This document shows positions 12,761 to 25,060 of a stretch of DNA of 64,000 bases, in pieces. The stretch covers positions 7,936,001 to 8,000,000 of the forward strand of contig JAWMAR010000076.1 of assembly GCA_036785375.1 (NCBI GenBank). The letters are read 5' to 3'. Positions within the stretch are counted from its first letter, which is position 1. The number at the start of each line of letters is the position of its first letter. The notes below the pieces were generated by a model that was given only the letters and a program-made list of their open reading frames with translations, was not told where the DNA came from and ran no database searches. This DNA comes from Leucoraja ocellata. Taxonomy: Eukaryota. The translations under genes and the position numbers were made by a program.

Positions 12761-13071
12761 CTGTGGGTTTTAATAAACAAAGATCAGAACAGATGATGAC
12801 CTGAAAAATGATAATAATTTGAAACATGAGGCAGCATGGATATTTATGAATTTTCTGCATATTCATTCCCAATTTGTAGTCTCATTTTCTTTTCATCTGA
12901 TCTCCACACTTTCACTCAGCACTGAAATGACCAACAATCCTTTTGGTAAAAGTACAAACACTGAATGTCAATGGATAAACCCTATTCAATGTAAGTGTTT
13001 ATTGACTGTAACTGTGTTAAACTGAGCAGTATATTAGGAACAAAACTAGTATTTCTAGTAACATTCGTTTA

Positions 13072-13460
13072 GTATAGACAATAGACAATAAACAAGAGAC
13101 AATAGGTGCAGGAGTAGGCCATTCGGACCTTCGGGCCAGCACTGCCATTCACTGTGATCCTGCCTTCTTCCCATATCCCTTGACTGCTATCTTTAAGAGC
13201 TTTATCTAACTCTCTCTTAAAAGCATCCAGAGAATTGGCCTCCACTGACTTCTGAGGCAGAGAGTTGCACAGATTCGTAACTCTCTGGGTGAAAAAGTGT
13301 TTCCTCATCTCCGCTTTAAATGGCCAACCCCTTATTCTTAAAATATGGCCCCTGGTTCTGGACTCCCCCAACATCAGGAACATGTTTCCTGCCTGTCGCG
13401 TGTCCAATCCCTTAATAATCTTATATGTTTCAATAAGATCCCCTCTCATCCTAAATTCCA
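13072..13460 (-). mobile_element. CR1 LINE 3' fragment
   Basis: RGDLIETYKIIKG...TRGH...FFTQRV. Confidence 0.85.
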
Positions 13461-13944
13461 GTGTATGCGAACCGAGTCACTTCATCTGCCAACTCTCCAA
13501 GCCTGTCCAAGTCCCCTCCATGCTTTGAGAGGTGGGGTAACAATCCCCCCCCCATGTTTTCTCATTCGGACTTTATCAGCCACTTTCTAAGGGCTGAATC
13601 GGGCCATTTGCGGGGCCTTTCTGTGCCCGTTGCGGCATAAAATCAAACTACTGCATCGAGGCGATCAAGGCTACTGATGTTGAAGCCTCCACTGGCCGAT
13701 TAAAGCCCATGAACGGGCCGATTCCAGCCCACGGCCGAAGCCTAACATGCATCTCGCTCACTCCTCCAGCCAGCGCGCCACTTGACTCGGGGGTGATTCG
13801 GTGCAGCGTGGAGTCGGCGCCCAATGAGCAGAGGGAACCAGGGCTGGGTCACCCCCAGGGATGCGCTTTTCTAACTGGAAGGCGGAAGGTCTGCTGGCAG
13901 GTACAGGTTCGTTGCTGCTGCCTCACATCGCCAGGGACACGTGT

Positions 13945-14770
13945 TTAGATCCTAACTCCGTCATCAAGTTTGCTGACGACACCACTGTTGTGGGACATAT
14001 CAGTGATGGGGACGAGTCAGAGTATAGAAGTGAGATCGACCAATTGACCAAATGGTGCCAGCATAATAACTTGGTTCTCAACACCAGCAAAACCAAGGAA
14101 CTGATTGTGGACTTTGGAAGGGGTAGGATGGGGACCTACAGTCCCGTTTATATCAACGGGTCGATGGTGGAGAAGGTCAAGAGCTTCAAATTCTTGGGCG
14201 TGCATATTTCTGAAGATCTCTCCTGGTCCGAGAGCACTGATGCAATTATTAAGAAAGCACATCAGCGTCTCTCTCTAACTTCTACAGGTGCACAGTAGAG
14301 AGCATGCTGACCAGTTGCATCATGGCTTTGTTCGGCAACTTGAGCACCCAGGAGAGGAAAAGACTACAAAATGTAGTAAACACTGACCAGTCCATCATCG
14401 GCTCTGACCTCCCTACCATCGAGGGGGTCTATCTCAGTCACTGCCCCAAAAAGGCTGGCAGCATTATCAAGGACCCACACCATCCTGGCTACACACATCT
14501 CCCCGCTACCTTCAGGTAGAAGGTACTGGAGCCTGAAGACTGCAACGTCCAGGTTCAGAAATAGCTGCTTCCCCACAGCCATCAGGCTATTAAACTCAAC
14601 TGAAACAAATCTCTGAACATTAATGGACCATTATCTGCTTATTTATTGATGTGTGTATATATTTATATAATGGTATATGGACACTGATATGTTCTGTATT
14701 CATGCAAAGCAAGAATTTCATTGTCCTATCTGGGACGCATGACAATAAACTCTCTTGACTTGACTGGACT
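13945..14770 (+). mobile_element. Rex1/Babar-like LINE 3' fragment
   Basis: IKFADDTTVVG...LNTSKTKELIVDF...FKFLGVHI; AATAAA + (CTTGA)n tail. Confidence 0.85.
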
Positions 14771-15917
14771 TGACGTCTGTATGGAATCTTTTTCTCCCCC
14801 ACTAGCGCCTTGTCTGATGTTGATCTCACCCTTGCTGCTGAACAGACCGAGCACCAGCAACGAGTGCTCGATCCGCCACCTCTCTTGCTTAAATTTAATT
14901 TGACAGTGGGTCTCCACAGGCCCACGGCTGAAACCTCCGAAGCCTCGTGTGTGTGTGTGTGAGTGTGCGCATGCGCGTGCGGCCACCAATAAATTGTGTG
15001 TCCCCAGTCCACCCCATGTTTTGATAGCGATTTCCGTGCCTGATTCAGATAATAATCTGCCTTCCTGCTCTTGACACCAAAGTGGATAAAGTCACATTTA
15101 TCCACATTCAACTGCATCTGCCAACTCACCTAGCCTGTCCAAGTCACACTGCATCCTCATAGCATCCTCCTCCCAGTTCACACTGCACCCAGCTTTGTGT
15201 CATCTGCAAATGTTACTTTTAATCTCTTCATCTAAATCATTAAAGTATATTGGAAATAGTTGCGGTCGCAGCACCAAGCCTTGCGGCTCCCCATTAGTGG
15301 TGCCTGCCATTCTGAAAGGGACCCGTTAAAATATGTAAGATTCTGTTGTAGATTCAGATGAAGACAACTAAGGAAATTCAGCACATCTCCAACAGCTCTT
15401 ACCAACATCTACACATGCATAGTAGAAAGCATCCTAACAGGATACATCACAGCCTAGTTAGGGAACTGCTCTACCCAAGACCACAAGAGTTTGCAGAGTT
15501 GCAGCTCAGTCCATCACACAGAACAGCCTCCTCTGCATTGACTCCATCTGCACTGCACAATGCCTCAGAAAAGCAGCTAACATAATCAAAGATAATTCAC
15601 ACTCCTGTCATTCCTTCGTCTTCTCTCTCCTGTCAGGCAGAAGATGCAAAAGCTTCAAAGCATCTGCCAACAGATTTAGCAACAGCCCTCACATTCCCTG
15701 GCTCCTACACTTTCCCTGGTTACCCTCTTACACGTATACAATTGTACATCCCTGGGATTCTCCTTATTTTTGACTGCCAGTGATATTTCCTCATCCATCT
15801 TTTGAATCCGAATGTTTTTAAAAGTACTCTTTTGCACTCTCAACACTCAAGGGTCTCTTCTGTTTTCATATGTCTATTTCTGCTAAAGGCTTTCCTTTAC
15901 CTTCTCGAATGTGATGC

Positions 15918-16440
15918 ACAGTCGTGTAGCTGGTAGAGCTGCTGCCTCACAGAACCAGAGGCATGAGTTCAATCCTGATCTCCAGTGCTGTCTGCGTGGA
16001 ATTTGCATGTTTCCCTAGAGAGCACCTGGGTTTCCTCTGGGTTCACTTACATACCCCAAAGACGTGCGGGTTTGTTGATTAGATGGCCTCTGTAAATTGC
16101 CCCTAATGTGTAGGGAATGGATGAGAAATTGGGATAGCATAGAACTGGTTAATTCGTTCATGTGTCAGACGTTGTAGCTCGCTGTTGGCTTCTGTCGTCA
16201 TCCAACATGTTGACAGAATTGCCGCCCGACGCGTCGCAGAGTTCATCGTGTCGTCGCTTCCAGGGATCACCACGGGGAGGCTTCTGTCATGATCCCCATA
16301 GAACTGGTGTGAACGGGTGATCAATGTTCAGCATGGACTCCATGGGACAAGAGGTCTGTTCCACCCTATATCTATAAACCAAACAAAATTAAACTAAATT
16401 AAACTAAAACTAAGAATTAAACTAAAAACTGAACTAAAAC
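15918..16440 (+). mobile_element. HE1-like V-SINE carrying an internal 147-bp insertion
   Basis: GGTAGAGCTGCTGCCTCACAG, GTTCAATCC, (TAAAC/TAAAT)n tail; insertion 16150-16296 flanked by CATAGAACTGGT. Confidence 0.8.
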
Positions 16441-16607
16441 TTCAACCTCTTTGGTCAATGTGTTCCCCGATCCTACCATCCTTACCTTTCATTTCTCCAG
16501 GAAGCTGTAAGCCCTGAATTTGCACAAATATCACTTTAGAAGATTCCCACTATTTGGATGTTGTTCTACCCACAACCAAATGCTTGTCTACTCTACTAAC
16601 CTATCTA

Positions 16608-19372
16608 CAGGGCTCGAAATTAACGGTTGCCTGGGTGCCACTGACCACTCAAAGTGCCGCCAGGCAACCTAAATGGCGAGCCGGCTTGGCAACTTGGTTT
16701 ATACCGAAGATAGACACAAAAAGCTGGAGTAACTCCGCAGGTCCGGCAGCATCTCTGGAGAAAAGGAACGTGACGTTTTGTTTCGGCGACGGTTGTGAAA
16801 AAGATGCTAAGTGTGGCGTGACGGAGGGTTGGAGCGAATCACGGGCCCCGCGCAGCAGCAGCAGCAGCAGCGACAGTGGCTCCATCTCCTCCTCCTCCCG
16901 CACCCCGCCCGGCCTGTTAGCGGCCGCTGCTGCCACTCCGTCAACGGCGCTTTCAAAACAGACCCTTGGAGGAGGAAGGTGTCGGTCAGAGGCGGAAGTA
17001 GAGTGGGGGGGGGGGGATGTGATTGGAGGAGGGAGACGTGCCAAAACACTCTCGGCAGCCCTGCACCGCAGCCAGGATCGTTCCCGGCTCTCCGGCGCTG
17101 CAATCGCTGCCGAACTCCCACTGGACCCGCCCCCCCACCCACCCGAGAGCCTCCACACGCCCAGGGGTGGCCAGAGGCATCGGGAGTCAGACGGCGTGGT
17201 GCCCCCAGGTCCACAGCCAACGCAAAAACCAGCTCACTCTGCCTGTCCCGCCAGGTTAACCAACAGCCCTGTCTGGATTGAGATGGGGCTGTAGGCGAGA
17301 CAGGCAGTTGAGCTGCATTTAGCGCTGGATTGAGCTGAAATTACCGTTCACAGAAGCCTCGCGTGTGTGTGTGTGCGCATGCGCGCGCGGCCGCCAAGAT
17401 ATTGTGTCTGCCGTCCCCTCCATATTTTGGTTGTGATTTCCGTGCCTGACAGGTGTTGTTCGAGGAGCACTGGCCTTCCTTCCCACCTCCTCTGCCCCTT
17501 CCTCTCTCAGTCTCTCTCGTACGCCCCCCTCCACTCCCCTTATCCTGAGACCCATCCTCTCCATCCCACACTGATCCCCATTCCTGCCTCACTGACATCC
17601 CGTGAGCTCCCCACTCCCCCCCCCCCCCCCCCCCCCCCCCCCCATCTATTCATCCTGCACTGATCTCCCTAGCCACCTCGCATTGATTCTCCTGCCAATC
17701 CCCATCAATCCAACACTGGTCCCCCAGTTCATCCTGTACTGACCCCCCTTCCCTTCCATCCTGCACTGCTCACCCCTTCATCCTGCACTGCTCCCCCCCA
17801 TCCATCCTGCACAGATCCCCCCCCCCCCCCCCCCCCCATTCAACCCCACTGACATCCCCCGCACTCTCCCCTCACAATTTTACCTACTTGAAATAACACT
17901 CACTAATTACCCTGCCTCAATAGACAATAGGTGCAGGAGTAGGCCATTCGGCCCTTCGAGCCAACACCGCCATTCAATGTGATCATGGCTGATCATCCCC
18001 ACTCAGTACCCCGTTTCTGCCTTCTCCCCATATCCCCTGCCTTCTCCCCATATCCCCGCCTTCTCCCCATATCCCCTATCTTTAAGAGACCTATGTAGCC
18101 TCAATCCATCCGATCAGCACTGATTGCCTTCTCAAGCCCCCCTCCCCCACCACCACCACCACCCCCCCCCCCCCCCCCCCCACCACCCCACCCCCCCACC
18201 ACCATCTATCCATCCTGCACTGCTGATTCATACACCCCCCCTCCTGACCCTATTGTGCTGGAGAGCTAACATTGACTATGTTTGATAACGGAATGCAATC
18301 AAATATGTTTTAATTCCCAATGTTATTATTTGTTTTAATCCATAAAGATGGATTAATTAAATTTTGAACACGTGAAACATTAAAACCGCAGTGTTCGATT
18401 GTCACACACGTTATTACAGAATTCATTTTAATGGCAAATCAATGCTGTTAATATGGAGTATCAGTACTGTAGTTATTTAATGAGTAACATTCACAACTAT
18501 ACGTTGGATTTATCCAGGTTTTACTTCCACTGTCAGTCACATACATCACAAATTTGGTCAGGAGATATTTCAGTTGAAATTTTAACGTTAATTCAGAAGT
18601 GGGAATGATGGAAAAAGCGTTTATCAACAATTTGTTTTTAAATGGTGCTTACAAACTGGGTATCTTCATTGCCACATACATCTAATCTGAATGTCCGGTA
18701 ATGTGGCGTCTTGACACCTTTAAATGTTTTACCAAACATTTATTGCATTTATGTCCTTTGGCCATCTCTTGTTAGTTAGTGTAATGGCAGATGGTTATAG
18801 TCAAAATACCTTTAGAAAATTCCTTGCAAGCTATATATTTTGTTGTGGATAAATTATGTGGGAAGCGAGAGTGTTTCTATAACAATAGCAATAATGCCCC
18901 ATGCTAGGGCCATGTCATGATAATTTTCGATCCTTCACAGAAAACATGCTTGCATCAATCTGTAGTGTGCATGGTTACACATATATGTTATCAAGGTACA
19001 GGATTTATTGACGCAGGTTGATCATACGCTGAATAATCCAACCACATTTTTGTTTGGAAGTGGAAAGAAATAATAAAAATTGCATTAATTGCAATGTGTA
19101 AAAAGCGTTGAGATACCGTATTATAACTTTGCTGCATGTCATTGTGGTATATATCATGTCTTGATTGGTGAATATGTTAGTTTATGACTTTATTTGAAGC
19201 AAAAATAATATGTGAATGCTTCATTGAGCATAATTCCGACTGGTAACTACGCACTTCGTCCGAGCATGCGTCACGCGTCTTAAATGACCGCCTAAAATGT
19301 CATTTGGCAACCTAAAAAGCTGCCAAGGTTGCCCGGCTGGCAACAGGGAAATAAAGTTAAGCGAGAGCCCTG
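16608..19372. mobile_element. Non-autonomous TIR DNA transposon (hAT-like CAGGG ends) with 5-bp TSD
   Basis: ATCTA|CAGGGCTCGAAATTAAC ... GTTAAGCGAGAGCCCTG|ATCTA; subterminal GGCAAC/GTTGCC repeats at both ends. Confidence 0.75.
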
Positions 19373-20591
19373 ATCTACTTCCACCAGGTCCTGTCTTATA
19401 GAAATCGGGCTTCCCCAATTAAGAACTTTCACTTCCGCACCAATTCCATAACTGCCTTGAAACTTAAAGCAAAATGACACCTATCTCCAACATGATTCAT
19501 TGACAAAAAGCAAAATTGCTGGAAGAATCCAGCCTGTCAGGCAGCATCTGTGGACTAGTCTGGACCTGAAACGTCAACTGTCAATGTCCTTTCCCAGAGG
19601 TTCCCTGACCCTCTGAGTTCCTCCTGCATTTTGTTTATTGTTCCACATTCCAATGTCTGCCATCTCTTGTGTCTCCATGCTCCAGGAGCACTGCTACCAT
19701 CTGCCAATCTTTACTTCCCAAGATTACGTCCAGTACAACTTATAGGACTATCTATGTATTGGCTGAAAAATCTGTACTGGGTTCACTTTACTAATTCTTC
19801 CCCATTTAATCCCATTGCACTAAAGCACTCTCAGTCAATACTAGAGAAGTTTAAATCCCCTACTACCATAACACAAATTGTCAACATTAGAACGCTTATT
19901 GAGAAATGAGGCCGGGAAAGTGACTGAAGCATCAGTGGGGTAGCACTTTGGGAGAATGGCCATACTTCCATCAGTTATAAATGGCTTATTTAGAGAAGAC
20001 AGGGAGTTGTGGTGGAAGGCAGATATTCTGGCTGGAGTTATTTGACCAGTGGAGTGCAGCAGGATCTGCACTGGGACCTCTGCTGTCTGTGATGTATATA
20101 AATGACCAACATGTAATTGTATATGGGTTGGTGAGTAGGTTTGCAGATTACACCAAAATTGGAGGAGTTGCAGACAGCGAGGAATGCTGTCAGAAGATAC
20201 AGGGGAATATAGATCAGCATCATATGGGCAGAGATATGGCAGATGGAGTTTAACCCTAGCAAGTGTGAGGTGTTGTATTTTGGGAGGTTGAATGTAAGGG
20301 AAGAATATACAGATAATGGCAAGACCCTAAACCGCATTGATGTGCATTGAGTGATCTTGGAGTCCATGTTCATAGCTCTAGAGAAGGTGCAGAGGAGGTT
20401 GACCAGAATACTACCTGCAGCAATGGACTTCAGCTGCAGGGAGAGATGGGATAGAAATGGATTGTTTTCTCTGGAACATCAGAGGTTGAAGGAGATTTGA
20501 TAGAAATATGTACATTTATGAGGTATAGATAGGGTAGTCAGTCAGAACCTATTTCCCAGAGTGGAAATGTCCAGCCATGAAGGGTATGTTT

Positions 20592-20860
20592 TGTCAGGTC
20601 GGGGAGAGTTCCCACCACCACTGGTACCATGTAATCCCGTGCTACCTGTTCCATGGTCGGATAGTCGGCGACTAAACCATCTCCCCCACCTGGGGGCTGT
20701 GGACCCCCAGCAGGACCAAAAACAAGACCTGTCAAAGGGCGGATGAGCTCCTAGCGAGGCAACAGCCATCCACATTTCAGTAGAAGTTGCGATCACTGTC
20801 GTACATGGCATTGTAAAGCATCGTGCCTGTTGATGATGATGATGATGATGATGATAATAA
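20592..20860 (+). mobile_element. Short retroposon with (GAT)n tail inserted in an old CR1
   Basis: Distinct ~270-bp block ending in (GAT)n; CR1 relic on both sides. Confidence 0.45.
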
Positions 20861-22454
20861 AGGGTATAGCAATATGGTAAAGATGGGAAAATCTAATGTG
20901 CGGGGCAAGTTTTTTACACAGAGAGTAATGTGGGCCTGGAATGCATTCATCCTCCACAGTGGAACTGTTGGTTTGTTTAGAAAAGTCTCTGTACATATTA
21001 AATTTGCACATTTTTCCTGCAATGTCAATTTTTCTGTGTATCTCTATTTTCCTGTTTCATGCCCTTCGTCCCATTATCACAACAGTTTGGATGCCTATAG
21101 ACAACTCCCATCAAGGTCTTCTGACACTTGCTGCTTGTTAGATTCAACCCTGACTGATTCCCCACCTTTGTGTCTGTCTTTGGTATAAATCAGCATCTGC
21201 AGTTCCTTGCTATTATCTTTAATCTTTCCCAATTCTGACATAGGATCGTTGATCACAAATGTGTACCGTTTCCCTTTTCACAGATGCTCTCCGACCGGCT
21301 GGGTATTTCCATAATTTTGAGATTTAGTTCATGTTTGCAGAATCAGCAGTATCTTGATTTTCGTGGAATGGGAAATGTTGATTAGAAAGGATCAGTTACT
21401 GAAAGCAAACACACAATGGCAGTGAGTGGTTAACAGGGGGAATGTGTTGTGTAGTCTTTATTGAAAGAGGTTAATGCACAATAGGAAGGATATCACAACA
21501 ATTACACAGGGCCATTTTCATTTTCCAACCCAGGGGTATAATTACCAAATGCATAAATTATAATATGTCTGCAGCTTGCTTGCTTATTTCTTTTCATAAC
21601 CTGGGTGGGAAAGGGTCAGGTCTTAGGTAGTTGTTTGTGTCCCAATGTTTCTGCCAAAGAATTTCTTTGAGATAATTTACATTAAACTGGAAAAAGTGCA
21701 GAGATTATTTGCAAGGAGGTTGCCAGGACTCGAGAGACTCAGTTAGAGGGTGAGGTTAGGTAAGCTGGGATTTTTTTTCCTGGAGCACAGGTGATTGAGG
21801 GGTGATCTTATAGTGGTGTCCAAAATCACCAGGGACATAGATAGGATGAGTTCACAGTCTTTTCCCAGGGGAGGGTAATAAAAAAACAGACATCATAGGG
21901 TTAAAATGAGAGGGGAAAAATGCAAAGCGATTAGAGGAGCAACAGATAGTGTTTGCTATATGAAGCATTTTGAGGCAAGTACAATTCAACATTTAAAATA
22001 CATTTGGACAGATACATTGATAGGAAAGTGTTTGAGGGATGTGAGCAAACATGGGAAAATGGGACCAGCTTAGTGCTGTTTGGCTCGATGAATCTTCGTT
22101 TTTGTAGTGGAATACAGATTTTTTTTTTTCCCCATGATCTGTAATTTCCATGATCTATTTGAAAATCTTGCCTGGGTTTGATCTTATAGAATCTGATGAA
22201 TGTTTACCTGCCTGAAACTAACTTGGTTTCTCTCCCCACACGCTGTTCTGAGCTGCTGAGTGTTCCTGGCTTTTGTGTTATTTTCCCTCCTGCCTTTTGC
22301 CTGTATCCCTTTATTGGACCAATAGTTCCCCCCTGGGTAATATTCTCTCTCATTATAGATAATAAAATCTATTGTCGTTAGTTATGAATTTCTTCACACT
22401 TGTTTTTAAGAGAAACATATACGTCAGGCTATTGTTCAATGACTGAGGCACAGC

Positions 22455-23345
22455 GTTCCATCCTGTCCAAACTCAGGGATCGGTGTCTCTGCTCCACCCT
22501 ATTCAACTGGTTGCTCAACTTCCCCATTGGCGGACCTCAGTCAGTGTGTATTGGCAACAATATCTCAACCTCAGTGACCATCAGCACAAGGGCACCTCAA
22601 GGCTGTGTGTTCAAACCCCTGCTCTACCCTCTGTATACCCATGACTGTGTAGCCAGACGCAGCTCCAAAGCCATCTTTAAATTCTCCAATGATACCACCA
22701 TCCTTGGATGAGTAATGGCCAACGCTGAGTCAGGTTACTGGAGGGAGATCGATAATTTAGTGGAATGGTGTCAGAACAAGAATTTTGCTCTCTTTTTCAG
22801 CAAGAAAAAGGAACAGGTTATTGACTCTAGAAGAGAAAGCAGAGGGACTATGCACATGTCCATGTTGGTGGAATGGCAATGGAGAAAGAGTTAAAGGCTT
22901 CATGTTCCTGGGCTTTCACATCTCTGATGGTCTGTCCTGAGCCCAGCGCACTGGTGCAATCTCAAAGAAAGCTCACCAATGCTTCTACTTCCTCAGAGGT
23001 TTGAAGAGATTTGGCACATTGCCCAATACTCTATCAAACCTCCACAAGTGTACAGTGGATAGGTTACTAGCTGGTTGCATCATGGCCTTGTTCAAAAATC
23101 GAATGCTCAGGATTGAAGGAAGCAGCAAAAATCAATTGACATTGCCCAGTCCATCATCGATACTGACCTACACATCTTCGAAGGGAACTACAGGAAGCGC
23201 TGCCTCAAGAAGGCAACTAATATCGTCAAGACACGCACCATCCAGCCCACACTCTCTTCTCACCGCTATCATTGGGAAGCAGGTGCTGGAGCCCGAGAAC
23301 TGTTATCTCTAGGTTCAAGAACAGCTTTTTCTAATCAACCAACAG
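22455..23345 (+). mobile_element. Old Rex1/Babar-like LINE fragment (shared with 53990-54630)
   Basis: RAPQGCVFKPLLYPLYTHDC...IFKFSNDTT. Confidence 0.8.
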
Positions 23346-24025
23346 GTAATTGAATTAATTTGTACATTCTAACCACAACCCTATCTCAGCCGTGAACAGA
23401 CTTTGCACGACTGTGGTTACTTTACATACTTTGACAATGCTTTATCATCATCTAGTTTAGTTAGATAACATAGTGCTCTTGTTGTTGCTGTTCTGACAAA
23501 TCTTTACTATAGAGATACAGCGTGGAATCAACCCCTTTGGCCCACTGAGTACGCGCCAACCAGTGATCACCCCGTACCCTAGCATTATCCCACACACCAG
23601 AGACAATTTAACCGAAGTCAATTAATGTACAAACGTGTATGTTTTTGGTGTGTAGGAAGAAACCAAAATACTCCCACATGATCACACAGAGAATGTACAA
23701 ACTCCGTACAGATTAATGTGCCTAAAGCAAGTAAGAATTTAATTGCTCCAGTCCACTTCCGCCACATATGAAAAATAAACACTTCCCGTTATTATGTCCC
23801 CTTCACACATCTCATTACTTTTCTTCCCTCCATTACATCCACCTGTTTAATCACCACTCTTTCTTGCATTTGCATCATGCATTTCTTTTAGATATGGTTT
23901 GTGAATGCACACGTGTTTCCCATCTTTCTGATATTTCAGCCAAATAATTTGCTCAGAGATAAATCAGAACAGCCTCAGATTACTTCTAAACCACGATTAG
24001 CAAAGCAGTAAAAACAATTGGTATC

Positions 24026-24437
24026 AATAGACAATAGACAATATGTGCAGGAGTAGGCCATTCGGCCCTTCGAGCCAGCACCGCCATTCAATGCGATCAT
24101 GGCTGATCATCCACAATCAGTACCTCGTTCCTGCTTTCTCCCCATATCCCCTGACTCTGCTATCTTTAAGAGCCCTATCTTGCTCTCTCTTGAAAGTATC
24201 CAGAGAACCAGCCTCCACTGCCCTCTGAGGCAGAGAATTCCACAGACTCACAACACTCTTTGTTTCCTCATCTCCGTTCTAAATGCCTTACCCCTTATTC
24301 TTAAACTGTGGCCCCTGGTTCTGGACTCCCCCAACATCGGTAACATGTTTCCTGCCTCCAGCTTGTCCATACTCTTAATAATCTTATACGTCTCAATAAG
24401 ATCCCCTCTCATCCTTCTAAATTCAAGAGTATACAAG
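24026..24437 (-). mobile_element. CR1 LINE 3' fragment, specific to the left arm
   Basis: LYTLEFRRMRGDLIETYK; not present at the paralogous position near 53400. Confidence 0.85.
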
Positions 24438-24629
24438 CATGCTAGGAACTCCAGAGCAGTACACTTCAGTGTCCTTCTCACAGGCAACCAAGAACACAAA
24501 ACATCTCAATTTTAAACAGAAATATTCAACTGTAAAATCTTAGATAAACATCACTGCAATATGTAAATTGAACTTGAAAGCAGATGAAATTAACCCAGAC
24601 TGGGCCACCCATCCTGGGACTGTACTTAC

Positions 24630-24678
24630 CCACTGCACAGAGGGACAGAGTCAAGGTGGAGAATATCAGTGCAAACAT
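24630..24678 (-). CDS. Signal-peptide (leader) exon of gene 1: MFALIFSTLTLSLCAV(G)
   Basis: aacaacATG...GCAGTGG|gtaagt; 49 nt, phase-1 donor compatible with the VJ exon (G+GT=Gly); hydrophobic; 45/49 nt identical to the paralog at 53164. The splice to 12760 is inferred. Confidence 0.85.
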
Positions 24679-25060
24679 GTTGTTAAACTTGGTTTGCAAG
24701 GATTAGACTTTAGTTCATTCAGACCCGATGTTCCCGTTGCTGTTTTAGAAGTGACTGTGTCATCTTCAACTTCCCAACAAGATTGTTTCATCATAATGTG
24801 TGCAATGTAAAGAGGAAGTCATGGGCAAAGTGAGCAGTGGAAACTACTGAAAATACTCTCTCAAACTGTAGGCAGATCACCAGAGTAGTTTTCACCATTC
24901 TCTCTGAATGCATCGACGATGGTCACAGAGGCAGGTTTTAGACAAACCGAGGGCAAATCCTCATGGTCACCCATGATGTTCATGCACATTTTTCAGATTC
25001 AAATGTGGAAACAAAAACTAATTCTCTGATTAATTTTTCTCTTCATTGGGAAAATTTACT
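24679..25060 (-). promoter_or_regulatory. Conserved upstream/promoter region of gene 1
   Basis: Non-repeat sequence conserved with 52790-53163; shared ETS/PU.1-type AGAGGAAGTC (24811-24820) and GGGAAGTT. Confidence 0.5.

Noticed and set aside
12761-12872. In-frame hydrophobic N-terminal extension of the V ORF (MFQIIIIFQVIIC...) as an intronless leader
   Set aside because: AT-rich, ends in a good acceptor at the usual V-exon boundary, and a conserved phase-1 leader exists upstream; most likely an open intron frame.
16608-19372. RAG/Transib transposon because of the 5-bp TSD inside a V gene
   Set aside because: Ends are CAGGG, not CAC; no RSS-like structure or RAG coding; it lies in an intron, not in the V exon.
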